DNA of 63,287 bases, the filler included, from Octopus bimaculoides (taxonomy: Eukaryota): the NCBI RefSeq assembly GCF_001194135.2. It is 6 parts of 5 records of this genome, joined end to end, with 100 filler letters (N's around TTAATTAATTAA, not from the genome) between each part and the next. Parts side by side here need not be neighbours in the genome. Positions count along the whole stretch, not along the records: positions 1 to 26,188 come from NC_068991.1; 5 more parts are not named here. One strand, 5' to 3'. The position numbers and the translations under genes are program-made. Each line of letters begins with the position of its first letter. Position 1 is the stretch's first letter. Shown in pieces: positions 13,465-25,971 of the stretch. The notes beneath the pieces were generated by a model. The model searched no databases. It saw only the letters and a program-made list of their open reading frames with translations, and had not been told where the DNA came from.

Positions 13465-13490
13465 TATTATCATCATTATTATTCAGGTCA
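13291..13490 (-). mobile_element. Penelope terminal module A (AAT linker + HHR-like tail), inverted copy
   Basis: Reverse complement tgacctgaat(aat)n...accttaggaatgagagctcaggttcgaaatttccccaagatacCTGATGAaggctggagtgtatatcagccgGAAA; homologous to 14466-14690, 51257-51460 and 55089-55302. Confidence 0.8.
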
Positions 13491-13522
13491 TTCCGAGTTC
13501 GATTCCAGGCAGTGACAAACAA

Positions 13523-13709
13523 CAAAATGGCTGAAGTTCAAAAGATAGTGCTCATGGGAACTGCCCATATCCTTCGTAAAATACTGTCTATGTGATCTCA
13601 AATTTTAAAACAAACACATAATTTTCTTATGGTTTCTTAGACATTCACTAGAAAAAAACTGTACAAATCCAAATATATGGTACCCTAGGCATAACACCTA
13701 CATGAACTT
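13523..13709 (+). mobile_element. R4/Dong-like RLE retrotransposon family 1, short 3' fragment
   Basis: KMAEVQKIVLMGTAHILRKILSM* plus 3'UTR near-identical to 37150-37340 and 15170-15350. Confidence 0.8.
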
Positions 13710-13750
13710 AATAATAAAATAATAATAATAAAATAATAATAATAATAAAA

Positions 13751-14465
13751 GGAATATATTCACAGACACGACAGAGCTGGGACCTATATACACTGTAAGC
13801 TATGCCAACACTATGGAACAACAACAGAAAAAATATGGTATAAACACACGCCAGAAAAGGTCACAGAAAACGAGAAAGCAACCATACTCTGGGATATGCC
13901 AATACACACAGATAGAGAAATTAAGGCAAATAGACCAGATATAGTTGTCAAAGATCATGAAGAAAANNNNNNNNNNNNNNNNNNNNNNNNNNNNNNNNNN
14001 NNNNNNNNNNNNNNNNNNNNNNNNNNNNNNNNNNNNNNNNNNNNNNNNNNNNNNNNNNNNNNNNNNNNNNNNNNNNNNNNNNNNNNNNNNNNNNNNNNNN
14101 NNNNNNNNNNNNNNNNNNNNNNNNNNNNNNNNNNNNNNNNNNNNNNNNNNNNNNNNNNNNNNNNNNNNNNNNNNNNNNNNNNNNNNNNNNNNNNNNNNNN
14201 NNNNNNNNNNNNNNNNNNNNNNNNNNNNNNNNNNNNNNNNNNNNNNNNNNNNNNNNNNNNNNNNNNNNNNNNNNNNNNNNNNNNNNNNNNNNNNNNNNNN
14301 NNNNNNNNNNNNNNNNNNNNNNNNNNNNNNNNNNNNNNNNNNNNNNNNNNNNNNNNCAATACAGTAACCATAAGAGCATCACAGCAAACCACAGCACATA
14401 CCCAAGGCACACAGAGCTGCGCTCGGTAGTGAAGTGAAAGCACGTTATAAAAATAAAACTACTGA
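13751..14465 (+). mobile_element. R4/Dong-like RLE retrotransposon family 2, 3' part spanning a gap
   Basis: EYIHRHDRAG...ENEKATILWDMPIHTDREIKANRPDIVVKD (RHD and PD motifs of the restriction-like endonuclease); different 3'UTR ending in (aat)n. Confidence 0.75.
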
Positions 14466-14473
14466 ACAACAAC

Positions 14474-14543
<70 letters not shown>

Positions 14544-14690
14544 TAGAAGTATACCTTAGGAATGAGAACCCAGGTTCGAAATTTTCCCAAGACACCTGAT
14601 GAAGGCTAGAGTGTATATCAGCCGAAATGTTGTATTAACAACAAACAAGATGAGGACAAATATCCGTCAAATGTAAATAATGTAAATAAG
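14466..14690 (+). mobile_element. Penelope terminal module A, (AAT)n + HHR-like tail
   Basis: gacacCTGATGAaggctagagtgtatatcagccGAAAtgttgtatt...gatgaggacaaatatccgtcaaatgtaaataatgtaaat. Confidence 0.8.
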
Positions 14691-15020
14691 TTTATATCAA
14701 TTTACTAATTTGATAAATTATATATAAACTTTTGCAATAATATAAGTTTAATTATATTACTTCAGAATGTAAATATGGTTATTGAATTACAATGACTGGA
14801 AGAGATGCTGCCCTCCAGGCGGTTTTGTGCTAATTTGTGTAATATGTATATCATCTCATCCTTTTGCATATGTAGATCTACACTTGCAATGAATCGCTTC
14901 CTAATGTAATCTTATTGTGTGTGTGTGTATGTGTGTGTGTGTATGTGTGTGTGTGTGCATGGGTGCACTCTCTCACACACACATATATGCACATACGTGT
15001 CATCATCAGAATAATCAGCA

Positions 15021-15081
<61 letters not shown>

Positions 15082-15092
15082 CATTATTATTA

Positions 15093-15870
15093 TTTTATGT
15101 TTGACTTTTGCTTTGCATTTGTACAAGTTGACTCCAAGTCTCACCAAGAGACCTCAAGAGACAAGAAGTTAGAAGTTCATGTTGGTGTTATGCCTAGGGT
15201 ATCATATATTTGGTTTTGCATATAGTATCGTTCTAGAGAGTGTTTAAGAAAACATAAGAAAATTATGTTTGTTTTGAAATTTGAGGTTACATAGACAGTA
15301 GGATATGGGCAGTTACTATGAGCACTATCTTTTGGATTTCTGCCATTTTGAGGTTTCCTGGTATCTGAGCTAGGTAGGAATCAGCCCCTTTTTGCTATCA
15401 TTCGTAGGGCACCTATGACAACAGGTATTGTTTTAGTCTTGAGGTTTCACAATTTGCCAATTCCTATTTCAAGATCTTTATAATTGCTCAGTTTNNNNNN
15501 NNNNATTCGCATCTATTTTTCTGTCAGTTTGAATGGTGAAGTTCCAGGGAAGTGAGATGTGGTCATTTTCAAGCACTGGAGGTGGTTTGTGTTCCCATCA
15601 GTTTTTATCAAGGAGCAGGTCCAGGTTTTTGCAAATTACCCTGTGGCTGATTGTGTTGCTCTATAGATACTCTGTAGGCATAAGAAGACAGCACACGGAG
15701 AAAACATGATCAATGGTTTCACTTTGTTGTTGACATATACGACATGTTGGGCTACTGCCGTTCTTTAATATGTTGGCCTAGTAGTTCCTTGTAGGTAAGC
15801 ATTGATCTTGAGCTGCTATGATAAACCCTTCTGTTTCTGATTATAAGCCAGAGGACACTAACCATTGTTG
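15093..15870 (-). mobile_element. R4/Dong-like RLE retrotransposon family 1, 3' ~780 bp
   Basis: WLVSSGL*SETEGFIIAAQDQCLPTRNY...CRICQQQSETIDHV.S.C (CCHC knuckle), KLSNYKDLEI...TIPVVIGAL...AEIQKIVL; 3' end abuts (aat)n at 15025-15092. Confidence 0.85.
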
Positions 15871-16096
15871 GGTAAGGGCTTTGCCAACATCGGCACTATT
15901 AGCTTTCTTTGGGTATTTGACTTGCACTTCATTATAACGACCCCGAAAGAATGGAAGACAAGGAAGATCTCGACTTAATTTGAAACCAGAACATAAAAAG
16001 CAAGAAGAAATTCTGCTAAATATTTTTGCCGACGCCTCAAAGATTCTGCTAGGCGTCCGTTTTTAATGCATTAACGTACAAAGTATTTACCTTATG

Positions 16097-16380
16097 CGAA
16101 GGTGCATGGCCTAGAGGTAGAGTGTTGCATTCACTATCACAAGATGAATCCCAGACCGACAGTGCATTGTATACTTGAGCAAAACTCTTCATTTCACTCA
16201 GTCTATTCAGCTGTAAATTGGTAACCCTACGACAGGCAGGTGGTTCGCTCAGGGGTAATGTTGGCCTGTCTGCCTAGCCAGCAGGATAGCACCATTCGAA
16301 AATGACAACAAATCAAGGAAGTGCATTGTAACCAGCGGTGTATAACAATATCTCTCAGCCTGGTCAATACAGTGACTAAT
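16097..16380 (+). mobile_element. tRNA-headed SINE family S4
   Basis: gaaggtgcatggcctagaggtagag...ttgagcaaaactcttcatttcac...cagctgtaaat; homologous to 28925, 35045 and 19095. Confidence 0.6.
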
Positions 16381-16636
16381 CAAGTATTTGAATTAATAGT
16401 ATATACTAGCCCCTCATTAAAATTATTGGTCTTATACCTTAATTAGAAACCATTACTTCTCTTATCAACTTGCAATTTGACCCTGGTACTTAATAGTTAC
16501 TCACCCTTGGTACTGATGACCCCGTCCCCCGCCCGTGGTTCATCTATTGGCTTATTCTCACCAACAAAACTTCCCAGTGAACAAAAATTGCGTGGGCTGC
16601 AACATTGCAGCTTTCATTATATATTTATAACAATAC

Positions 16637-16845
16637 GGCGAGCTGGTAGTCTTTAGCAAGCCAGGCAAAATGCTTAGCAGCATTACTTCCGGCTTTACGT
16701 TCTGAGTTCAAATTCGGTCGAGATCGACTTCATCTTTCATCCCTTTCAGTGTCGGTAAAATAAGTACCTGTTAAGTACTGGAGTCGATGTAATCGACTTT
16801 TCCTCTCTTAAAATTACTAGCCTTGTGGCAAATTTAGAAAGGATT
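16637..16845 (+). mobile_element. SINE family S3
   Basis: ggcgagctggtag...aaatgcttagc...acgttctgagttcaaatt...gtcgatgtaatcgact...ccttgtggcaaattt; copies at 27500, 37436, 42795, 46285 and 62423. Confidence 0.75.
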
Positions 16846-16866
16846 ATATATTTATTTATTACATAC

Positions 16867-17061
16867 CTTCTCTCTTCACTGCTTTCTGTTTTTCATTCTC
16901 TTTTTTCTCTTCTCTTAACGTCCTTCAGCAGTTCTTCCTTCTTTTCTACCTTCGTTCTATCACTAACAGTGGTATGATAACCATTTCAATTACTATTTGT
17001 ACAAATATTTACTCAAGATTTTCAAGGCATCATTGCAGCTTTCAAGTATTCGCATGAAACA
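16867..17061 (-). other. Candidate exon (mostly non-coding)
   Basis: Acceptor gtttgtatttag, donor AAG|gtatgt; stops in all three frames. Confidence 0.25.
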
Positions 17062-17147
17062 CTAAATACAAACTATATAGACAAACACAAACTTATATCT
17101 GATATCTTTAACGTGACGTATCTTCCAGCACACTTTAAAACTATTTT

Positions 17148-17212
<65 letters not shown>

Positions 17213-17223
17213 CATACACTCAC

Positions 17224-17370
17224 GTATAAGCAAGTCTTCGTTGTCGAAGGTTTTTCCAAGATTTCTTCAAAAGGTTGCAGATGTTGATGCTTCCATTTTT
17301 CATGACAGTTCTTTCCGATGTTTAAACTGAATTATTCGTCTCAAAATCAGCCACTCATCCACTGAAGCTT
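17224..17370 (-). other. Candidate exon containing an ATG (17303)
   Basis: Acceptor ttgtaattttag, donor TAC|gtgagt; MKNGSINICNLLKKSWKNLRQRRLAY after an in-frame stop. Confidence 0.3.
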
Positions 17371-17994
17371 AAAACCAAGTCTAAAATTACAAACAACATG
17401 AACACCAAAGACAATACACTTCATACGCACGCACACGGAAACATAAACACACACACGTACATAAACATTGGCCACGGTTTATATTAATATTTAGAAGCGC
17501 ACACATCGTCACCACCGTAGTTAAAACAACGTTCCCACCATCTCTCACATTTTATAAGTTATAACTGTGAAGAAAATGATAAAAATCACCTTTACATTTC
17601 AAGAAAGTAACACAGAGGACCCAGTGAGTGCAGAAAGAATATATCATCAGTAAGGTCATAGAATGCGTCGAAGGATTTTGATAAACTAGTCAAATACTCA
17701 ATTAACATGTGCGTGCGTGTCTGTGTGTGTATATGTGTGCGTGTGTGCGTGTGTGCGTTTATGTGTGTATAGGTATGTAACAGTATTTTAGGTGGAGTCA
17801 GTGGTCACCAGTTGTAACGGTAAATGTAATGATATATATTGGAGGTCGGCACTTACCAGTTGTAACGGATGTTGATGCTGCAGATGTTAAATGTAACTTG
17901 CTGTCAACTATGGCTTCTCTGTGAGAAAAGTGTTGCTACTCTATGCCTAAATGAAGTCACTACAGGTATCTGTGTGTGTATATGTATGTATGTA

Positions 17995-18476
17995 TGTATA
18001 GTTCAAATTTACAGAAAACAAAAGACGAAGACAAGTGANNNNNNNNNNNNNNNNNNNNNNNNNNNNNNNNNNNNNNNNNNNNNNNNNNNNNNNNNNNNNN
18101 NNNNNNNNNNNNNNNNNNNNNNNNNNNNNNNNNNNNNNNNNNNNNNNNNNNNNNNNNNNNNNNNNNNNNNNNNNNNNNNNNNNNNNNNNNNNNNNNNNNN
18201 NNNNNNNNNNNNNNNNNNNNNNNNNNNNNNNNNNNNNNNNNNNNNNNNNNNNNNNNNNNNNNNNNNNNNNNNNNNNNNNNNNNNNNNNNNNNNNNNNNNN
18301 NNNNNNNNNNNNNNNNNNNNNNNNNNNNNNNNNNNNNNNNNNNNNNNNNNNNNNNNNNNNNNNNNNNNNNNNNNNNNNNNNNNNNNNNNNNNNNNNNNNN
18401 NNNNNNNNNNNNNNNNNNNNNNNNNNNNNNNNNNNNNNNNNNNNNNNNNNNNNNNNNNNNNNNNNNNNNNNNNNNN

Positions 18477-18511
<35 letters not shown>

Positions 18512-18590
18512 CTGAGCGTTATACTAATATATCCATTTGTTGTTTTCACCAACTGTCTTCGTCTGTTGTTTTTTCGTGAATTCTCATATA
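17995..18590. repeat. Two family-B tails in opposite orientation flanking a gap
   Basis: Left acagaaaacaaaagacgaagac (minus) and right cctgagcgttatactaatat...tgtcttcgtctgttgtt (plus), both homologous to 43960-44050 and 63195-63287. Confidence 0.55.
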
Positions 18591-18926
18591 TATATATACA
18601 TACACGCACAAACTCCCATATATGCATGTATATATACATATATATATATGTATGTATATATGCATATATTTATATATTATTTATATTATTATATGTTTAT
18701 GTTCATACATGCATACATACATACATGCATACATACATACATGCATACATACATACATGCATACATAAATATATATATACATACACGATGGCTTAGCTGA
18801 GCGAAACTTCGAAGTCACTGTCAACAACATTCTTGTTCAAGAATAACAAATTTGTATTTTATAAAAGTATAGTGTTATCCATCAAATTAACGTAAAATTG
18901 CTTTTATTATAACTGAACATAATATT

Positions 18927-18961
<35 letters not shown>

Positions 18962-19094
18962 GAAAGATAGATAGCTAAGTGATGATAATGATAGAATCTC
19001 CCGTCGAAGACAACGTATGAGTATTCAGTTTTTGCTGAGCAACTTGCACAAATGATTTGTTTACAGTGATCAAATGTATGTGCCGTACATTAGC

Positions 19095-19291
19095 TCATTT
19101 CTTCCATCAAATCGACATGGCCTGGACTGGTGCACGATGCACCAAATGTCATGTTTGGAAATGATTGCAAAGCAACGTGAAATAAAGTGTTTTGCTCAAG
19201 AAAACAACGCACCACTTGGTCCAGGAATTGAAACTATAATCTCGCAACCGTGAGTGCAACACCCTAACCACTAAGCCATGCGCCCTCATTG
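19095..19291 (-). mobile_element. tRNA-headed SINE S4
   Basis: Minus strand gggcgcatggcttagtggttagggtg...agtttcaattcc...ttgagcaaaacactttatttcacgttgc. Confidence 0.7.
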
Positions 19292-20045
19292 NNNNNNNNN
19301 NNNNNNNNNNNNNNNNNNNNNNNNNNNNNNNNNNNNNNNNNNNNNNNNNNNNNNNNNNNNNNNNNNNNNNNNNNNNNNNNNNNNNNNNNNNNNNNNNNNN
19401 NNNNNNNNNNNNNNNNNNNNNNNNNNNNNNNNNNNNNNNNNNNNNNNNNNNNNNNNNNNNNNNNNNNNNNNNNNNNNNNNNNNNNNNNNNNNNNNNNNNN
19501 NNNNNNNNNNNNNNNNNNNNNNNNNNNNNNNNNNNNNNNNNNNNNNNNNNNNNNNNNNNNNNNNNNNNNNNNNNNNNNNNNNNNNNNNNNNNNNNNNNNN
19601 NNNNNNNNNNNNNNNNNNNNNNNNNNNNNNNNNNNNNNNNNNNNNNNNNNNNNNATATATATGTGTGTGTGTGTATACACACACATAAATACAAACACAT
19701 ACGCATACCTAAATATATTACAAAACTAATGGTATATCAACAATCTTATAACATAAATTCTTGATTTTTTAAAAATTAACCCTGCTTCCAGAGAAGATAA
19801 ATCGATCACCTGGTGGCATCTGAGACCAGCTCCAAATGAGAATAGAAGATAAGATCTTGTTTTCACTCTGCAGTATGTCCAAAATCACGCTCTTCAAACA
19901 AGCTTAGTGGGAGTTTAAGTTTAGTTGCCACCATGGTTGTGTCTCTTGTTGAGTTGTTATATTTTTGAAGACACTGATCGCCATTGGATGAACTCGATAA
20001 CTTTGGACATCATCTGTTGTTATTCCTAATTTGTTTCTCCTTTTA

Positions 20046-20919
20046 TCAGGTTGTTCGGAAAATACTGTTCTATTTTTGGTAACATTTTTTTTCAAATTCA
20101 ATTTAAGATGTTAATTTTGAAGTGTTTTAGACGAAATTTTACGTGCTAAATAATTGATGTGTACTCTTTAATAAATTTTTATTGGTTTCTTTGAGAATAT
20201 CATTTTGAAGTGTAGAAATCCTTAATTTCAAACATGTAAAAAAAGAAATGCGTTTACCCTTTTGGGTTTTTTTTTTTTTTTGCATGAATTCAAGCTTGGA
20301 CATATCAACAGATCATGGGGTGAAGGGCCCACTAGTGATTGGACAATACGACGGTGGTTTGAGAGATTCCGTAGCATAGCTGAGAGCATTGAAGTTCAAG
20401 AAGGTAGAGGACGCCCATCCACCCTTGATGATTAGTATTTGAAAACAATACAGCTAACCAGAACATTACATCGGAAGTTTACTATATGCAACTGGAAGAA
20501 ATGCGTGTTGACTTGAGCAAAATGAGACCTGCACTTGTTAATCGATGTGGCCCAATTCTGCTCCACAACATGGTTCGAGTGCATGTTTCCAGGATGACAC
20601 TGCAGAAGCTCAAAGACTTGGGATACGAGACTTTACCACATCCTCCATATTCTCCTGATCTTTCACCCACTGACTACCATTTTTTCAAGCACTTAGACAC
20701 TTCTTTAAAGCAAAAAACCTTCCACTATATCCAAGGATTTATTGGCATCAAAACCCTTGGATTTTTATCGAAGAGGTATAAATGACCTAGTTAATTGATG
20801 GGAGAAATGCATAGCTGTTCAGGGCTCATATTTTGAATAATTAAACCGTTGTAAAAGTTCATATTTTCAAGAATATGTGCTTATTTTGAAAATCGGCCAT
20901 TATTTTCCGAACAACCTAA
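20046..20919 (+). mobile_element. Internally deleted mariner (Hsmar1/cecropia-like) with both TIRs and TA duplication
   Basis: TA+tcaggttgttcggaaaata ... tattttccgaacaacctaa+TA; RRWFERFR...EGRGRP jumps to RPALVNRCGPILLHN...LGYETLPHPPYSPDLSPTDYHFFKHL. Confidence 0.9.
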
Positions 20920-21004
20920 TATTTATTTGAATTTGGGGGTGTATACTAACTCAGCGTTAAATTTGATGGACGAACTATCAGACACACACACACACATCCG
21001 TATC

Positions 21005-21200
21005 TTTTATCTTTTTTAATCTCTTGTTTCAGTCCTAGGAATGTGGCCAAACTGGGGCAACGTCTTGCTTAATCGAACAAATCGACCCCAGTACTTATTT
21101 TAAAGCCTGGTACTTAATTCTATCGGTCTCTTTTGCTACATCACTGTGTTACGGGGACGTAAACAAATCAAAACCTGTTATTAAGCGGTGTAGTGGTGGT
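21005..21200 (-). mobile_element. SINE S1/2 3' half
   Basis: tcgaacaaatcgaccccagtactt...attctatcggtctcttttgc...gttacggggacgtaaac. Confidence 0.75.
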
Positions 21201-21238
21201 GGTGGTGATGGTGGTTGTGATGGAGCAAACACACATCT

Positions 21239-21280
<42 letters not shown>

Positions 21281-21314
21281 CATATATGTGTGTATTTATA
21301 TGTACATACATACA

Positions 21315-21347
<33 letters not shown>

Positions 21348-21680
21348 GTATATATACATAAAAAAATGAAAAGAAAATGATTTACGATTCTCATATTTTA
21401 ATTTATTAACATACTATTCTATTGTTATTATAACAGAATATTCTATTATTATTATAATAGAATATTATGTTAATAAATTAAAATATGTCAATCGCAAATC
21501 TCCATTTTCTTTTCATTTTTGTATATTGAATATATATCCATTTGGATTGTGGAAAAGGTTTTCTCTGCTATATTGGGTATTAAACCGCCAAACCAGAGAA
21601 AATCTGGATGTTTCTATCTCTACAGAGGAGCCTGTTTTCCTTGTATTGGCTTTGAATTATATATATATATATATATCAAT

Positions 21681-21870
21681 ACATGGTCTGATCGATAAGT
21701 ATCCGAACTGTTTCTATAGTAACAATGCGGATCTTTCTGATTTGGCGGACACCATTTGTTTTCTAACGAAACACTTTCAAACTTGGGATACTGGTAGAAT
21801 GTGTCATATAAAACATCTTTTTCTCTTAGCCTTGTTAAGAAAAGTTTCTATTATTCCAAGTTAGTTCATG
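21681..21870. mobile_element. mariner-type terminal fragment or MITE end
   Basis: tacatggtctgatcgataagtatccgaactgtt resembles mariner TIRs; no partner TIR found. Confidence 0.4.
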
Positions 21871-22436
21871 TTAAAAGTTGTCGAGGATGATTGTCTTTTA
21901 CCCTGTCGGGATGAAGTGAGTGGTTATGCTGGACTGTATATTAATGGTATTGTCAAAACTGACCTCACAGAGCAGAGTGCCGGGACACATACAGCAAAGA
22001 TTTTTATCCCAGGAGGCTAATCACCGTTACACACACACACACACACACACACACACCACACACGTACATACATAATTTAATATATACACTTAAAATAAAT
22101 AGTTACATGCTTTAAGATTGCAGGCTCAATTCATATGTCAGATGTATTTAAAAACCAGGACTAAGAGACAACACGAGAAAAAGACTTCTTGTTTTTCTTC
22201 TTGTTTCCTTTTTTCTTTTTTCTCGCAGATTTTCTTCTAGTGTTGCGTCCTGATTTTTAAGAGTACATATAACTCATAAACAGAAGCAGAAAGATTACTT
22301 AATCCATATTTCATAAATCTGCCAATTTAACGTATCTTAAAGTAGGAAACTATTAGCAGTTCTTTTGTAATTGTGTATATTAAATGATATTTATCTCTCA
22401 CTGGATGGAGTACTTTTTACCTATATAGGACCTATA

Positions 22437-22506
<70 letters not shown>

Positions 22507-23904
22507 AGGGGCTTCAAGACTTGAAGTAGCACGGAATCAGAATCAAATTGTTTTGAACAATACATGTGACTACCGATAAATGTGTTGATTGCCCTTTCTT
22601 TCGTTTGTCCACCCACTCGTATATATATACACACACAAACACACGCACGCACACACACACATACACACATATGCATGCACCTTCATATATCTATAAACAT
22701 ATATATATATATATATATNNNNNNNNNNNNNNNNNNNNNNNNNNNNNNNNNNNNNNNNNNNNNNNNNNNNNNNNNNNNNNNNNNNNNNNNNNNNNNNNNN
22801 NNNNNNNNNNNNNNNNNNNNNNNNNNNNNNNNNNNNNNNNNNNNNNNNNNNNNNNNNNNNNNNNNNNNNNNNNNNNNNNNNNNNNNNNNNNNNNNNNNNN
22901 NNNNNNNNNNNNNNNNNNNNNNNNNNNNNNNNNNNNNNNNNNNNNNNNNNNNNNNNNNNNNNNNNNNNNNNNNNNNNNNNNNNNNNNNNNNNNNNNNNNN
23001 NNNNNNNNNNNNNNNNNNNNNNNNNNNNNNNNNNNNNNNNNNNNNNNNNNNTATATATATGATATTTTGGGAGGATCAGTTTTCCAATAATTGCAAAAGT
23101 GGAATATATATTTATCTGTCCACCTGTCTATCTACCTACGTACGCACGCAGACGCATACATGCACACGCACACGCACAAACACACTCACACACTCACACA
23201 CACATGCACACACATATCTTGACATTCTTTTGTTTCTTCAAAGTTCTTTATGAGAATATACAAATTCTGGTGTACTCTATTCTTGTATTCAATGTATGGA
23301 ATAAATGCCAGTAATTGGCATTTCTTTCAATATATTTGCCTCGTATAGACGGTGTGCAACCACTGGATTTTCTGTTTACAGAGGCACACGCAATTTCGGT
23401 CTATGTCTGTTGACATATCATGAAGATATTTGCGAATGATATTACACGATGTAGAATTCTTACTTTAATTCGGCTTTCTACTACTTTCAGACATCATCAG
23501 ATTTTACCATGACAGTGGAAGCAAAAACCATTGCTCTATAAGGATTCTTATTTTTGCAGAAACCGTTCTGAAATACTGGCTTCTCTATATTTGCGAAACG
23601 TTTGTTTCTGAATGTACTCGTTAATGTATGTGTGTGTGAAGCCGTGTATCTGTGTGTAAATGTGGGCGTGCTGGTGCGTGTGTGTATGTGTGAATGTGCG
23701 AACGTGTGTGCGAGTTGACTTTATAATGGATAGAGTAGCTGTCAGATAGTCATACAGAAATACAAACTGACAGAAAGATACGTATCTAATCATATTAGTG
23801 TACCTGCCTAACTAGTAATCAATCTATCCCTGTCTATCTTTGATCCACTTGTTTCAGTTATTTGACTGCTGCAATGCTGCAGCACCACTTTGAAGAGTAT
23901 GGTC

Positions 23905-24198
23905 CAGTGGTTCTCAACTGGAGGTCCATATAAGTATTTGATGTGAGGAGGGTCAAAGCAAGTAAAATAGCAAATTGAAGACGCACAGTAGTACATGAAG
24001 GGTTCATGGACAAATTTTACTTTAGATGTATTTATTGCAACCAACAGCTAGGTTTTTTTTACAAATTAATGTGTGAAAAATAAAATAGGAATTTTGAAAG
24101 AAATATCTATAAAACTGATTTTTAAACATCGAATGACTATAGGGGTCCACCAGAGTAAAATATTAATCAAAGGGGTTCATGAGTAAAAAAAATCACTG
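23905..24198. mobile_element. hAT/Charlie-like MITE
   Basis: 5' cagtggttctcaac; degenerate 3' end aaaaaaaatcactg; no TSD retained. Confidence 0.5.
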
Positions 24199-24799
24199 AT
24201 CGGGAATAACATGGTACGTTAGTTGTGAACCGTGTCATGCTTATGGGCTAGCACGGGTTGGCGATCAATCAAAGATTCTGCTTGGATCACAAAAGCGCGT
24301 CCAAGTGACCATCTACAATGCTCAGCACAACTTGAGGTCTCAGAAACCTTTTTTCTTCAAATGCTCTAATATTCATTTATCATTGGGTCATTTAAAGCAA
24401 TGGTTGTTTTTAACTGAATAAACGAGATGTATTCTTTTATGAAATCAATCAATTTCTCATCTATTTATGTTTGTAAACTTATTAAAAATAAACTTAACAT
24501 CTCCTAAGCCTATTTTTTTTTACTGATTTCCCTGAGACTAGCAAATCTTTATGTGGTAGGTCATGATCAAGAATGCAGCGTAGATCGTTATACGGGGTCG
24601 TTTAGAAGTCCCTTCAGTTTTTAAATAACATATAAAATATTACATTTCAGTTTATGATTTTGTTTTTATATATTTTTTGAAGTACCTTTGTAGTTTTATT
24701 GAGAATATCTTTTCGCACACACAGATACACACTTGCACACACACACGCACACACACATACACAGATACACACACACACATACATAGTTACATTCATGGT

Positions 24800-25000
24800 G
24801 GCTGCAACTCGATTTCGATTAATACCATCACTTGACTCATCTCATGGGAATGGTTTTTCAGTCTTGTTAAAGAACTACATTCTTTTGCACAGATGTGGCA
24901 ATGATTGGGGCAGTGGTTGGTACCTCTTGCTGTTGGTGTTCAGAGATTATACCACCTAAGGTGACAACACAGCTTCATTCCATCATGGGATGTTTCATTG
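24800..25000 (-). mobile_element. Degraded RTE LINE 3' end (tentative)
   Basis: Minus translation CHICAKECSSLTRLKNHSH resembles the C-terminal C2H2 motif of RTE ORFs. Confidence 0.35.
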
Positions 25001-25909
25001 AGCGCTTTGCCTTTTTCGGCAATGGGCAGCCAAAACATGCGACACATGATATAGGTATTAAAAGTCAAGCGCTGTCAGTGCCTGAAGCCTTTTAAAGTGA
25101 AGAAAGGCCTTGCACAGAGACAATCCCACTATCTAAACGACATATGCATTTGCTCAAACGAAGAACTATTTTACGTCATTGAATACAAACGAAGTTGCAG
25201 ACGTTACGTCGGTGTTTTCCTTTTTCCCAGAGAGATGTCTAAACGAAGGCCAAGGGTCTCTCACTCTCAGCTGTTGGATGGCTATGGACGGTACAGAGTT
25301 CATTCGCTCTTTGATATGTTTTTTTTTTCGCTCTGCAGAGTATCGAGCGAAAACCACCCTCCTTGCCAAGGAAGCTTGATGGGGTTGCCACTAACATGAC
25401 CATGTGACAGGTTGTGCTGGGTTACATGTTACCAGGAGCAGTATGAATGACTTAAAATAACTTACATACACACGCGCGCGCGCACACACATAATATAATA
25501 ATAATAATAACAACAACAACAACAAGTCGGTCGTTAGTGTTGTTAGTGTTTCTGCTACTATTGTTGTTACTGTAAGGAGGGAAAGGAGGGAAGTCTTTAT
25601 CCATTGCCATATTGGTAGGAGGGTTTGTTTTGTTTTTTTCTCAACTCTTTCAAGACGCGCTCCGTCATCTTGTTGAGTTGTATTTGATTCAGTTAAATTT
25701 AACGCTCACCGAAATTATTTGGTGGGCCAAAAATCGTCTCTCTGGAGGCTACACAACCATGAAAAACCAGTAACAGGTTCCTGGTGTTTCTATTCACAAC
25801 TTGGAATAAAATAATTATTGCACAAGGACACCAATCCTGGTGTAAATAAATATTTTGAAATGGACTTACTTGGAGCGTTCGAAAACACGTCCGATGTGTT
25901 TCGCAGCAA

Positions 25910-25970
<61 letters not shown>

Positions 25971-25971
25971 T

